Assembly (NCBI RefSeq): GCF_006345805.1
Contig: NC_043003.1
Location: 69,936,001 to 70,000,000 of the forward strand
Direction of reading: 5' to 3'
Source of the DNA: Octopus sinensis
Lineage: Eukaryota
DNA: 64,000 nucleotides
Shown here: in pieces, positions 39,710 through 52,215 of the stretch
How positions within the stretch are numbered: the stretch's first letter is position 1
Layout of the letters: each line of letters starts with the position of its first letter
Translations under genes and position numbers: made by a program
The notes under the pieces: generated by a model
Told to the model about the DNA's origin: nothing
Database searches by the model: none
Seen by the model: the letters and a program-made list of their open reading frames with translations, nothing else

Positions 39710-40783
39710 GTAAGTATCAACATTTTTCAACTTTATATTATTTTGTGAGAATTTTTTTTTTTTAATTTTGAAAACGTGTTTATTGTTAGTAATTGAAAGA
39801 AAAAAAGAGAAATCAAATGAATAAAACCCCCAGGTGCAGTTATGGCCAGGTGGTTAACGTGTTTGCCTAGCAACCACAAGGCTTTCGGTTATTTCTTACA
39901 GCACAGCTCACTGGTCAAGTATCCCTGAGTTGACCAATGTCTTGTCAATGACTGTGGTAGAAAGAAACTGAAGGATGTGTGTTACATACATCTGTGTGTA
40001 TGTGTGCATGCATACATTCATGTGTATGTGAATGTGCATGAATGTGGCACCCCACAGCTGCACTTGAATGAAATGTTAACCTGTATACATTACTTGTGAG
40101 CCAATTGAGTGTGTCCATATGTGCAATTCTGCAAGAATAACACCACAATGCTAGTTATTGCCCTATTGTTTTTCTTCTACTGACCAAACTGCTGTGATCT
40201 TGTCCAGTTCTAGTCTTCCATACATTGTAAATAACATAAGGTGAATTTTGTGTGTATCTTTAGAGTTGAATTGTAAATTCCGCAGCCATGATGTTCTGGT
40301 AGTTAAATATAAATTAAACTGATGAAAACTACCAGTGAAGTCATTCTTTTTCTTTTTTCAAATATACCTAACTGTACCAAGGATCTCACACATCTTCCAA
40401 TATGGCTTCCGTGCCGGTGGCACATAAAAAGCACCATTCAAACGTGATCGTTACCAGCGTCGCCTTACTGGCACTTGTGCCGGTGGCACATGAAAAACAT
40501 TCGAGCGTTGTTGTTGCCAGTGCCGCTGGACTGGCTCCTGTGCAGTTGGCACGTAAAAAACACCACTTGTCTGTGGCCGTTGCCAGTACTGCCTGACTAG
40601 CCCTTGTGCTGGTGGCACGTAAAAACACTCACTACAATTTCAGAGTGGTTGGCATTAGGAAGGGCATCCAGCTGCAGAAACTCTGCCAGATCAGATTGGA
40701 GCCTGGTGCAGCCATCTGGTTCGCTATTTCTCAGTCAAATCGTCCAACCCATGCTAGCATGGAAAATGGACGTTAAACAATGA

Positions 40784-40823
<40 letters not shown>

Positions 40824-41520
40824 GTATAATGTTTAGAATAAGAGGTATTTTCATTGTCTAGAATTATCAGCTATTGATAGTTGTTTAGCCCTGGGTCAGC
40901 CCTGATTGACCAGTTCCATAACCAAAAGAACTTTTCATCATTGTACTATAAAGCTTGGAATTCTGTGGAGAGTACAATTTAATTAATGATTAATTAGTCA
41001 TTATGACATAGGTAAATTATTTGTAGACAAGTTTGTGACCTGATTTTCTTTGGAGATCATTAAAAAATCAATATTGGATAAATGATAGCATTGGTGAGTG
41101 TACAGTGTGTGTGTGTGTGTTATTAATGTATGAAGGTGATTATCTGGCAGAATCATTTGCATACTGGAAGAAATGCTTGGCAGCATTTCGTACGTCTCTA
41201 TGTTCCGAGTTCAAACTCTTCCAAGGTCAACTTTGCCTTTCATCCTTTCAGGATCGATAAAATAAGTACCAGTTGAGTACTGGGGTCAATGTAATTGACT
41301 GACTCCTCCTTATCCTTCCAAATGCTGGCCTTGTGCCAAAATTTGAAACCAATACATAACAACTGAGTTGGCAAACTGGCAGAATTGCTAGCAAACTGGA
41401 CAAAAGTGCTTAGTGGCATTTCTTTTGACTCTTTACATTCTGAGTTCAAATTCCACCAAGGTTGGACATTGCCTTTCATCTTTTTGGGCGGGTCAATAAA
41501 ATATAGTACCAGAAATTTAA

Positions 41521-42025
41521 CCCTTAAGCATTCAGATTATTTTGTCAAATGCAACACTTATTTATTCACATTCATCATCACCATTGTTTAACGTCCGCTT
41601 TCCATGCTGGTATGGGTTGGATGGTTTGACTGAGGGCTCCAGTCTGATCTGGCAATGTTTCTACAGCTGGATGCCCTTCCTAATGCCAACCACTCTGAGA
41701 GTGTAGTGGGTGCTTTTTACGTGCTACTAGCGCAGGAGCCAGTCAGGCGGCACTGGCATCGATCACGTTTAGATAATGCTTTTTACGTGCCACCTGCATG
41801 AGGGCCAGTCCAGCAGGTACTGGCATTGGCCACATTCAGATGGTGCTTTTCATGTGCCACCAGCACCGGGGGTAGTGGCATCATCTCAGCTTTGAGATTT
41901 TGATGATGTGGTTGCTTCGTTTTAGAATGACGTAGAGTAGGAGTGAGAGGCTGGATCGGGTCAGTTTGAACATAAAACAGGTAAAATATTTTGGCCTGAT
42001 ATGGCCAGTTTAAATGCTAAAACAT
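41521..42025. mobile_element. piggyBac-type MITE interrupted by a SINE-B insertion (~41570-41880)
   Basis: TTAACCCTTAAGCATTC start. The MITE sequence resumes at ~41881 and ends CAGTTTAAATGCTAAAACATTAA. Confidence 0.55.
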
Positions 42026-42110
42026 TAATAAAGTACTGGGGCAAGGGGTCAATGTAGAAGGCTTGCCCCCTCCTGTCAGAATTGCTAGTCTTGTTCTAAA
42101 ATTACAATAT

Positions 42111-42149
<39 letters not shown>

Positions 42150-45100
42150 CATAAGAGTGGTTGTGTGGTAAGAAGCTTGTTTCCCAACCACATGGTTTTG
42201 GGTTCAATCCCACTGCATGTCTTCTACTGTAGCTTTGGGTTGATCAAAGCCATGTGAGTGCATTTGGTAGACGGAAACTGAAAGAAAGCTGTTACATATG
42301 TATGTATATTTATATCTATTTGTGTGTCTGTGTTTGTCAACCCTAACCCCACTTGACAACCAGTGATGGTGTGTTTATGTCCCCCTTAGCAGTTTGTCAA
42401 AAGAGACCAATAGGATCAATACCAGGCTTAAAAGATAAGTACTGGGGTCGATTCATTTGACTAAAAATTCAAGGCAGTGCCCCAGCATGGGCCACAATCT
42501 AATGACTGAAGCAAAAGATAAAAGATATTGTTAAAAAAACCCCAATAAATCTGCTTAATGTGTACGGATTATTTTAGTGAGGTTTAGAATACAGCTCGAC
42601 TGGTGCTTAATTAGCCGGTGTTAACCCTCTATAAACAACATATTTTTCTGAGACGATGCTGTTATGAAAGTTTTGTATGACCTCCTAAAACTACTTCATC
42701 TAAAAGAAATAGCAACCGAATCTTCCTCAAACCACACACAAAAAAGGAAAATAAAGATGGGATAGTCATTGCTAGATTACTTTGGTTATATATCTGTTTG
42801 ATCAGAGTGAACTAATGTTAAGCATCATCATCATCGGCAACATTGAAATCTTGTGCTTCAACTAAACAAGTACAGACATTTGATATGATCGGTTTTTTTG
42901 TTGTTGTTTTTTTTTTGTCATTAGATTCTTCATAAGGACAGAAATGGGCTGTTTTTAATTATATGCAGATCGCAGTTATTTCAGTATGTTTAATTATTTT
43001 ATCAACTCTACACGGGCGGTTGACTAAATCTCATTAGAACACAAATTAGATTATGTCATAGAATAACTGCTTTGTTCCTGACTTTCTGAAAATGGAATGG
43101 GCTTGGCAAAGCCACCCCACCCACTCATCTGTTTATTTTGAAGAGTTTGGAGTTCTATTCATTGGGTTGAGACCAGTCTTTCCGCTAGAACTGATTTTAT
43201 TGCTACAAAGGCACAAACATGACTACTTGGTTAAGAATTTAGATTTGTAAGTGTGTGCTTGGGATGTGACCCAACAGTGTAACAGTGTAACACCTTCGGC
43301 AAGTATCTTGTTTTATAGTCTTGAATTGAGAAATGCCTTGTCAGTGAAACTTGGTGGACAAACTGTATGGAAGTCTTTTGCATGTCTGTACACACACGAT
43401 CATCAACATCATCATCATCATTGTTGTAACATTTACCTGGGGTTCACTGAGGCAGATTTTGTAAGGCTGGATGCCCTTCCTGTCACCAACCCTCACCTGT
43501 TTCCAAGTTTGGTCATGTTTCCCCTTGACCAGACGTATTTTCACAGATTATTAAAAATGACACACTAGTGCTCTGTGGGGACCAGCATGTCAGAGAATAG
43601 ACCCGTTTCCTCTGTGTACTGTAAAAAGGTAACTAAAAGAGGTAAAGTTAAGGTTTGCATTCTGACCTCATAAAACCCTCAGCAGTAATGACGACCCAAA
43701 CAAAACCTGTGGGTTGGAAGGTCATTGCCTGAGTGGGGGCAGAGGTGTCATCCACTGGGAGTAGTAACAGATCACAAACAAATGGTGAATGCAGCAACAT
43801 GATATGACAGTGCATGCCCCCCACTACTCCATACTACTACTATTAGAAATGATTGTGTATGACAGTGACACTCATTTACAACTGTCATGGGATTGTCAAA
43901 ACAAGGAGACAGACAGAGAGACACATACACACTCATAATAAGCTGCATTCAGTTTCTGTCTACCAAATACACTCATGAGGCTTTGGTTGGCCTCTCTTTA
44001 AGTCTCTTTGTATTGACATGGCAAAGGCAGGGGTGACATTATTTAAGGCAGGGGTGACATTATTTTCTGCATGCAAAGCAGTGGAAAACACTACCTTAAT
44101 TAGAAAAAGTAAGAGGTGACAATAGGAAAGGCATTCAACCATAAAATAGAGGCATTGAACAAGTGTCAAATTTCCTAGTTTATCTCCAGCAAGGATCATT
44201 GTTTTTAAGTCAGGATGAAATGGTTGAAGTAGACAACATAGTGGACCACCTGCCTTCTTATGCATTGTATCCACTTCACTTCAGCTGTTGTGTTACCCTC
44301 TTAACAGGGTGTGTCATCCAGTAACATAAACTGAGAAAAGAGCTCTTTGTAGGTTCATACTTGTGACAGATCAGTGTACTTACTACCACTTGGTGAAAAT
44401 TCATCTCTGTTATTCTTGTTTTCAGCTTCTGGAAATAAGTATGGATTTTATGGATCTACTGTTGTTCATGGAGACATTATTTATTGTGATGAAATTCTAA
44501 ATTAAATTTCAACTAAGTCATGATCTTGCTGGGAAATTATTGAACTTTAGGTGACAGTATTTGTAATTGAACACTTTCACAAAATTTATTGATTATTGAA
44601 GGAAAACTCTTTACCTTTGCATTCTCTGTGAGAATTCATTTGTTAACTTGAAATTAGCAGCTTGCATCCATTTCATGAGAAAGTAACTAAAAGAGCAAAG
44701 CCAATTCTCAAAGAAAAGTCATGACGAAGTATTCAGAGATTTGTTGCAGTAAATAATAATAATAATAATAATAATCTAAGATCTGTTTTTCCATACTTGC
44801 AAGAGTCAGATGGAATTTGTTGAGGCAGATTTTCTACAACCTGGTGCCCTTCCTGTCATCAGCTTTTACCTGTTTCTAAGGAATATTTTTCATGGAAAAC
44901 TGGAAATAAACAACCTCACTTGTATGATGATGATGATTGACAATCACCACATGATGGTTAAAGTTGTACAAAAACACATACATAAATGATTGGCTTCATC
45001 CAGTTTCCCATCCAAATGTGCTCACAAGGCCTTGGTTGAGCTGGAGCTATAGTAGGAGATACCTGCCTAAGGTACTGTGCAGTGAAACTGAACCTAGATC

Positions 45101-46009
45101 CACATGACTGGGAAATAAGCTTCTTAACCACACAGCCACATCTGAATTTCACCATTTAATATCCATTTTCCATGCTGGCATGGATTTGACGGTTTGACAG
45201 GAGGCCCCAGTTTTAGCATGGTTAGATGCCCTTCTTAACACCAACCACCTTATAGAATGTACTGGGTGCTTTTCATGTGGCACCAACACAAGTGCTTTTT
45301 ACACCCGATAGGGTCATCAAGTACCTTGCAAAACAAAAATTTCTCAACCAAGGAGGAGGAATAGTATTGCGGGAGTGTGGCTTTGTGCCAGTTGAGAGGT
45401 TTAAAGTATAGCGAGGAAGGGATTTTGTGTCTGTCTGTCTCAGCTGCAGTGGTTCATAAACTCCATACATGTCTCTAGATTCTAAACATAGATTTTATGT
45501 TGAAATAAGAAATAAAGTATCTGCTGTTTATGAGGAAACATTGAAGATATATGTTGTTATCTAACAAATATAACCCATTGAGAAAATGTAAGTAATTTAA
45601 TACTGCCAGCCCTTTACAATTGCTTCATTCTTCCATGTAGCTATGCAGAGAAATTTTTCTGAAATAGCTTTAAATATGAACAAAAATGTATCTTGAGAAA
45701 ATTTTAAAATCATTATCATCACCATCATCATTGTTTTAACCTAGTTTTCTACATTTGCTTGGTTTGGACAGAATTTGAAGCTGATTTTTTTTTATAGCCA
45801 GATGCCCCTCCTGTCACCAACCCTGACCTCTATCTGAGTAAGGTAATATTTCCCCATGACCACACATGCTTTCCTGGAAGGCTGGATATAAAGGACACTG
45901 CTTGCATGATGGAAACATTTGTTTACAATTATTATGCAACATTAAGACGAGACAATAACACACATGCACGCACACATGCTTACTTGTTTATGATGGCCTA
46001 TGAAAGGTA

Positions 46010-46400
46010 ATGATAATGTCAATCCAGGACAGTCATCCTCTTCCAGCTCCAGCACATTGTTATGGGAGTGGACTTGGCTGACAAGACCGATACAAGACAG
46101 GCAAATCACCATTGAGGGTCCTGAAAGTGATCCAGAACAGTAGTTGTAGGAGGTTGATGATGATGTCTCCTCCTCTCTTTATGTTGTCTCCTGTGTTGGG
46201 TTAGGGTTAGGGTTACAAAGTGCTGTTCTCAAGCATCACACAGGGACCTCCTTGCCTTCTAATTAACAGCCAATGTCTCCAACCAATTGGGAGGGACACC
46301 ACATAAAATGAGGGACTGCTTGAGATGAACATTAAAACGAAGTTTGGGTTGTCCATGAGACTCACTTCCAGTTTTGATTTTGCTGGAGAGGACCATCTAT
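46010..46400 (-). mobile_element. RTE (BovB-like) LINE 3' fragment
   Basis: Minus-strand HLKQSLILCGVPPNWLETLAVN*KARRSLC and ICLSCIGLVSQVHSH resemble RTE C-terminal motifs. Confidence 0.6.
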
Positions 46401-46769
46401 GTATACACTCACACACATGTTTCTGCCTGCCAAATCCACTCCCAAGGCTTTGGTCAGTTGTAGGCCATAGTAGAAGACACTTCCCCAAAGTGCCACACAG
46501 CAGGCTTGAACCCCAAATCATGATGATAATTGATGACTTCACATTCTCCTTACTGAATACTTTGTCCTATCCTTTGACCTCTGGAACCTTAATCCAATGA
46601 CCCCAGAAGTATGAAAGTGCTATGTGCGCTACACCCCTTCTTAAATTACAGTCTTAAAGAAGTCTGATACATATTGAACAATATAATCCTAGATATATGA
46701 TACCCAGTAGAGGAAGGACAGAATAATTACATGTACAATATGTTTGAGTGTAGGTCTGCTTGATTACAA

Positions 46770-47250
46770 CCAACATCATCATCATCATCATTTAATGTCC
46801 GTTTTTCATGCTGGCATAGGTTGGACGGTTCGACTGGGTTCTGGGAAGTCAGGAGGCTGCACTAGGCCCCAGTCTGATCTGGCAGTGTTTCTACAGCTGG
46901 TTGCCCTTCCTAATGCCAACCACTCTGATGAGAGTGTAGTGGGTGCTTTTTACGTGCCACCGACACAGCGGCCAGAGAAGGCTGGCATCGACCACAATTG
47001 GATGGTGCTTTTTACGTGCCACCGGCACGGAGGCCAGTCAAAGCAGCACTGGCATCGGCCACGTTCGAATGGTGGTTTTTACATGCTATTGGCACGGGGC
47101 TCACAACTACAATTTCCATTTGATTTGATTTTGATATTGATTTTGATGTATTTGACTCAGTAGGTCTCCTCAAGCACAGCATGTCGCCCTATAATCCAAG
47201 GTACTTTTGAGTGGGCTGGTTATGCGACGCTGGTGTAGGTTACAGCTTTG
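46770..47250 (+). mobile_element. SINE/LINE-tail family B ((CAT)n end, internal GTGCCACCGGCAC sub-repeats), representative copy
   Basis: CATCATCATTTAATGTCCGTTTTTCATGCTGGCAT..GCTGGTTGCCCTTCCTAATGCCAACCAC. Other approximate copies, in both orientations: 2145-2390, 3370-3625, 6599-6948, 14200-14410, 18150-18600, 20960-21140, 22950-23110, 32575-32795, 36430-36640, 39076-39210, 40385-40790, 41570-41880, 49790-50040, 54560-54910, 60690-60930. Confidence 0.85.
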
Positions 47251-47518
47251 AACTCACTTTATTTGTCAGGTATTCTCAGTCAAAGCATACCCCCCCCCAG
47301 AGGTCTCGGTCTTTTGTCATTGCCTCTGTAAGGCCAAAATTACTAAATAGTTGCTAAAAAAATCAATTTGTAAAAATATCACCAAAATCACTTTTATTGT
47401 GATAAAGATTTTTAATTACTTTGAATTTTTAAATCAATATGTATAATTTTCTGGTACCATGATAGCTGTGACTTGTAGAAACTGATTCATTTAAGCGTGT
47501 AATATATGTGTGTGCACA

Positions 47519-47558
<40 letters not shown>

Positions 47559-47601
47559 TAATGTGTCATTCTGGAGTCTCATTCACAACACTAGTGTTTA
47601 A

Positions 47602-47769
47602 CCCTTTAGCATTCAAATATAATGCTTATTTATTCACATTGTTTATCTCATGACTTCGAGGTTTTGATGATGTGGTTGCAGGATGGCTATAAGAGATTAG
47701 ATCTGGCTGGTTTGAATGTAGAACAGATTTAAATTTGGGTTGGATATAGCCAGTTTAAGTGCTAAGGGG
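47602..47769. mobile_element. piggyBac-type MITE
   Basis: TTAA-CCCTTTAGCA...TGCTAAGGGG-TTAA: CCC/GGG termini with TTAA duplication. Confidence 0.75.
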
Positions 47770-48130
47770 TTAATAGCAATGCGTATAAGATATATACTGA
47801 AATGATAAAAAATACATGTATTGACTGTTTACTGAATTGCGCACTAAACTTTTATACCGAATTGAAAAACCATTTATATATATCATTGTAATTATTTGGC
47901 ATCATCACCGTTTAATGTTCACTTTTCCATGCTTGCATGGGTCAAATGGGAATTTGTTAAGGCAGGTTTTTCCATGTCCAGATAGCCTTCCTGTTGCCAA
48001 TCCTTATCTTTTTTCAAGCAGGGTAATATCTCCATATAGCCAGACATACATTGATGTTTGTTTACAACCATCAATCAAATAATGTCAAGAGAAGGGTATA
48101 CACACACACACACATGTATGTATGTGTGTG

Positions 48131-48182
<52 letters not shown>

Positions 48183-48574
48183 ACATCAAGCATTTATAAA
48201 CCTTCAAGTGAACATGGAGTAATTCTTTCTTTGAAGTGATTCTCAAAGTGCATATGGAGCTATGAAGAATTGTGTGTAAGTATTGGGTTAAAAAGAAAAC
48301 CCTTTTGGAGGCTTCTTCCAGTTTCCTTCTATTAAATCCACTCTGAAGGCTGTGGTCCTGTGGTCAGCCTGGGCTATGGCAGAAGACACTTGCCCAGGGT
48401 GCCACAAAGTGGGATTAAACCTGGGACCAAATGGTCAAAATGCACATCCATATTTCGTGTTTATACACACACACACACACACACACACACCATAGCCATC
48501 CATTGCAAGTATGACTTGGTTATATATACATTATTTACATTTGATGGATATTTGTCCTCATCTTGTTTGTTGTT

Positions 48575-48620
48575 AACACAATGTTTCGGCTGATATACTC
48601 TCCAGCCTTCTTCAGGTGTC
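48575..48620 (-). ncRNA. Minimal type I hammerhead ribozyme motif (inverted arm)
   Basis: Minus strand reads GACAC-CTGAAGA-A-GGCTG...CAGCC-GAAA-CAT-T/GTGTT. Confidence 0.65.
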
Positions 48621-48840
48621 TTGGGGAAATTTCTAACCTGGGTTCTCATTCCTAAGGTATTTTTCAATGTTATTATTATTATTATTATTATTCAGGTCAC
48701 ACTATATGGCGTAGTGGTTAAGAGCGTGGGCTACTAACCTCAAGATTCCAAGTTCGATTCCGGGTAGTGACCTGAATAATAATAATAACAACATTGAAAA
48801 ATACCTTAGGAATAGGAACCCAGGTTCGAAGTTTCCCCAA

Positions 48841-48886
48841 GACACCTGATGAAGGCTGGAGGGTATATCAGCCGAAACATTGTGTT
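48841..48886 (+). ncRNA. Minimal type I hammerhead ribozyme motif
   Basis: GACAC-CTGATGA-A-GGCTG(10-nt loop)CAGCC-GAAA-CAT-T/GTGTT. Stem I is GACAC:GTGTT and stem II is 5 bp. Palindromic stem III ACGT appears here as ACAT (CpG decay). Confidence 0.7.
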
Positions 48887-50224
48887 AAAAACAAACAAGA
48901 TGTAGACAAATATCCATCAAATGTAAATAAAATACATAATTCCTCATCTCTTAAATATAGAACTGTGGTTGTATGTATTTGTGAATATATATATATATCG
49001 TGCTTTCACTAGTTGTTGTGGGTGCTTATGTCAATTGTGACCAGATATTGAGATAGAGATTGTCTTGAACGTCTCATCCTTGGTTCAACAGAATCCAATA
49101 ACAGCTGGAAAAGTAGGGCAGGGCTCTGCACCAACACTTGACTGGTACACATTTCCAACTGAGTAGACTGGATTGACATGTAATGAAGTGTCTTGCTCAA
49201 GGGTGCAATGCACTGCCAAGTCCAGTTGGTTCTACTATAGAGTGTCCCCTTTCTTAGCTGGAGGTCACATTGATTTCGTCACGTTCTCGCAACAGCTTGA
49301 TGACATTCTTATGTAATTATCTTGTTATCTAACGAAATATTGATCAGTGACTTTCAGTTGCAAAACATCCAGAAATTTGCAACATTGGCAACAAATTACA
49401 AATGTATTGATTTTTTTTCTTCTAAATTTGCACAAGAGTAAAATATTTGTTATAAATTTCAGAGAGATCTATTCAGATTGGGCGTGATTTTATTTGTGCT
49501 TGTTTCTAAGCTGTAAAATAAATTAAATTTCTTTATATATTAGTATCAGATGAGTGATATTTAGTCAAAGACCTTAATCTATTTATAGAATTTGAAGCAC
49601 ATGGTAGAATAACTGTACATTGTATTGAGGGAATGATATTTTCCTTTTCTCAACAACCAATTGTTTATTACTCAGTAAATGAATTGCAGGGCAAAAATGT
49701 ATGAACTTGAATATTTCAAGCGAAATAATTCTTTCACATATGGAAACAACCATCCAGTTCCTTGCCCTTTTTTTCATTCTCCATGAAATCATCACCATCA
49801 TTTAACGTCCGTTTTCCATTCCATGCTGGCATGGGTGGAATGGTTTGACTGAAAACTGTTCAGCTGGGGAACTGCACCAGGTTCCAATCTGATTTGGCAT
49901 GGTTTCTACTGCTGGATGCCCTTCCTAACACCTGAGTGTAGTGGGTGCTTTTCACATGCTGTTTACGAAACACCAGCATCAGCCATGACTACAATTTCAC
50001 TTGGCTTAACAGGTCTTCTCGAGCACAGCATATTGCCATAGATCTCCATCACTTGTCACGGCCTCCATGAAGATGCTGCACAGTGGACTAAAACCAAAAC
50101 TACACATAGCTGCAAAGTGAGCTTTTTAACCATGCAGCCATCATCATCATCATCATCATTATTATTATTATTATTACTACTATGACGACGATGAAGAGGA
50201 AGAAGAAGAAGAAGAAGGTGGCGG

Positions 50225-50900
50225 TGGCGGCAAGTTGGCTGAATTATTAGCATGCTGTGCAAAATGTTTAGCAGCATTTCATCTGTCTTTGTGTTCTCAG
50301 TTTAAATCCTGGCAAGGCCATCTTCACCTTTCATCCTTTTCGGGATGATGTAATAAGTACCAGTTGAATGTTGGGGGTCGATGTAATCAACTAGCCCCTT
50401 TACCCCCAAATTCCAAGCCTTGTGCTTATAGTAAAAAGAATTATTATTATTATTATTATTATTATTAAATGGTGAACTAGCAGAATCATGCGGCTGATTT
50501 TGCCTTTTATCTTTTAGGGGTTGATTTCAAAATTATTATTATTATTATTAGGGCAGCGAGCTGGCAGAATCATTAGCACACCAGACAAAATGCTCACAAA
50601 ATCAAGACAATGTAATCAAATTAACCCATCCCTCAAACCTACTGGCCTTGTGCTAAAATTTGAAACCATTATTATTATTATCATCATTAAGGCAGCGAGC
50701 TGGTAGAATTGTTTGCACGCTGGTATTTCATCTGTCGTTACATTCTGAGTTCAAATTCCGCCGAGGTCAACTTTGCCTTTCATTCTTTTGGGTTTGATAA
50801 AATAAGTACCAGTTGCGTACTAGGGTTGATCTAATCAACCATCCCCTCCCCCAAATGTCAGGCCTTGTGCCTAAAGTAGAACGGATCTTTACTATTTTTA
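50225..50900 (+). mobile_element. Cluster of SINE family C copies linked by (ATT)n
   Basis: Repeated GGCAGCGAGCTGGCAGAAT..CTGAGTTCAAATTCC..CTTTGCCTTTCATCCTTT..GTACCAGTTG..GCCTTGTGC. Other approximate copies: 19040-19240(-), 25160-25350(-), 41140-41510(+), 52576-52790(-), 52960-53115(+), 57200-57410(-), 58378-58588(-). Confidence 0.8.
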
Positions 50901-52004
50901 TTATTATGTGCTAGTTCCTATTTCGTAGTTTTTCGCATTCTAATGTTCATTGTGCCTTCTCTTGTTCTTTGAGTGATGCCTAAATATGGAACCAATATTT
51001 TATAGTTGGATGTTCCACTTTATGCTAACAGTATAAATGTAAATCTGAATGGAACTAATTTTCAACTAGGTCGTTGGAGCTGCACACACTGTGATCAGCC
51101 TAAAGACATACTGCAATAATAATACCATAATTTCACTCTGCAACTGTTCAGTGTGTATGTATCATAACAACTTAACCATCACATTTCACTATTGTAATTT
51201 TGTGTTGATTGAAGAGCGCGTGTTTATATGTTGCTCAAAAACACTAAAAACAATGAAAGCAAACAAACAAAGAGCTTTTATTAGTCCGTGTAATAAAGTA
51301 TTTTGTCTTGACAATTGAGAAACAATGGCTGTTAGAGTAAAGTGCTAATTGGCTAAGCACATTGCTCATACTTTAAAGTCTTGATACAATTATTGTTTTA
51401 TGTTCCTGAATAAAAACAACCAAGAAAAAAAAAAGAAGGAAGCTGTTTGCTTATGCCACAACATATATCAGGTCTACTTTATTGTTGAATTGTTTGTGAG
51501 GAAGAGGTGAGGGAGAACATCTAAATGGTTGTTCCTTCAGCATACTAAACAATGTCCATTTAACAAATGTCTGAGATAAGCTGTAGATCTGGAATATCTC
51601 TTGGTTTCTTTTCGGATGGAGCCTGTATTTCGTAATAACACTAATTCTATTGTCTATCTCTTCACCAGCATTTCAGAGAGCAAATCCTAAATCTTCACAA
51701 AACGTATTCACAGCTAAGATAGGCTTAAGTAATCGTTAAATTACTTTTATTCTTTTACTTGTTTGTCATTTGCTTGTGGCCATGCTGGAGTACCATCTTA
51801 ATGGTTAAGTTTCTTTACTAAAGTACACAACTTGGTGCTTGTGACTGCATAGAGGACATTGGCGAACTGATTAGCTTTAACTTTAATAATACCAACATAA
51901 TCGTTCTTGATATAATCCTTACAGCATACAGTATTTGATGGCAATAAAAGACATCTGGGCATATTAGACCCATCCCAATTTCAATAAACTTTTTAGTGCA
52001 TTAA

Positions 52005-52215
52005 CCCTTTAGAAATTAAACCAACCACATCCGGCCCAAGTATTCTCCCTACTCCCTCTTCAAACCGGCCAGATCATACAATGTCATTCTCAAAATAAAC
52101 AATCACGTAATCAAAATCTTGAAGCTGTCAGATAATGCATGATTAATTTAAAACAATGTGAATGTATAAGAATTGCACTTGAGAGAGAGAGAGAATAATC
52201 TGAATGCTTAAAGGG
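52005..52215. mobile_element. piggyBac-type MITE, same family, opposite orientation
   Basis: TTAA-CCCTTTAG...TAAAGGG-TGAA. Internal sequence is reverse-similar to 47602-47769. Confidence 0.65.

Larger units (their letters stand above)
48528..48966 (+). mobile_element. Fold-back tRNA-headed SINE with Penelope-type terminus and twin hammerhead motifs (copy 1)
   Basis: Inverted arms ~48528-48700 and ~48766-48933. Central A box TGGCGTAGTGG (48707-48717) and B box GTTCGATTCC (48752-48761). 33-nt tail at 48934-48966. Degenerate 10-bp TSD GGTTATATAT/GGTTGTATGT. Confidence 0.85.

Noticed and set aside
40385-40630. CRISPR-like repeat-spacer array (recurrent GTGCCGGTGGCAC/TAAAAAGCACC units; also 18170-18420 and 46930-47100)
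   Set aside because: Eukaryotic context, degenerate units and homologous spacers. These are internal sub-repeats of SINE-B.
44014-44055. 21-bp tandem duplication (AAGGCAGGGGTGACATTATTT x2); similar small ones at ~10576-10610 and ~52535-52575
   Set aside because: Ordinary slippage or TSD-related duplications.
48704-48775. Bona fide tRNA gene
   Set aside because: A and B boxes are present, but there is no proper acceptor stem, the anticodon stem is poor and it is fused to a repeat body. It is a SINE head.
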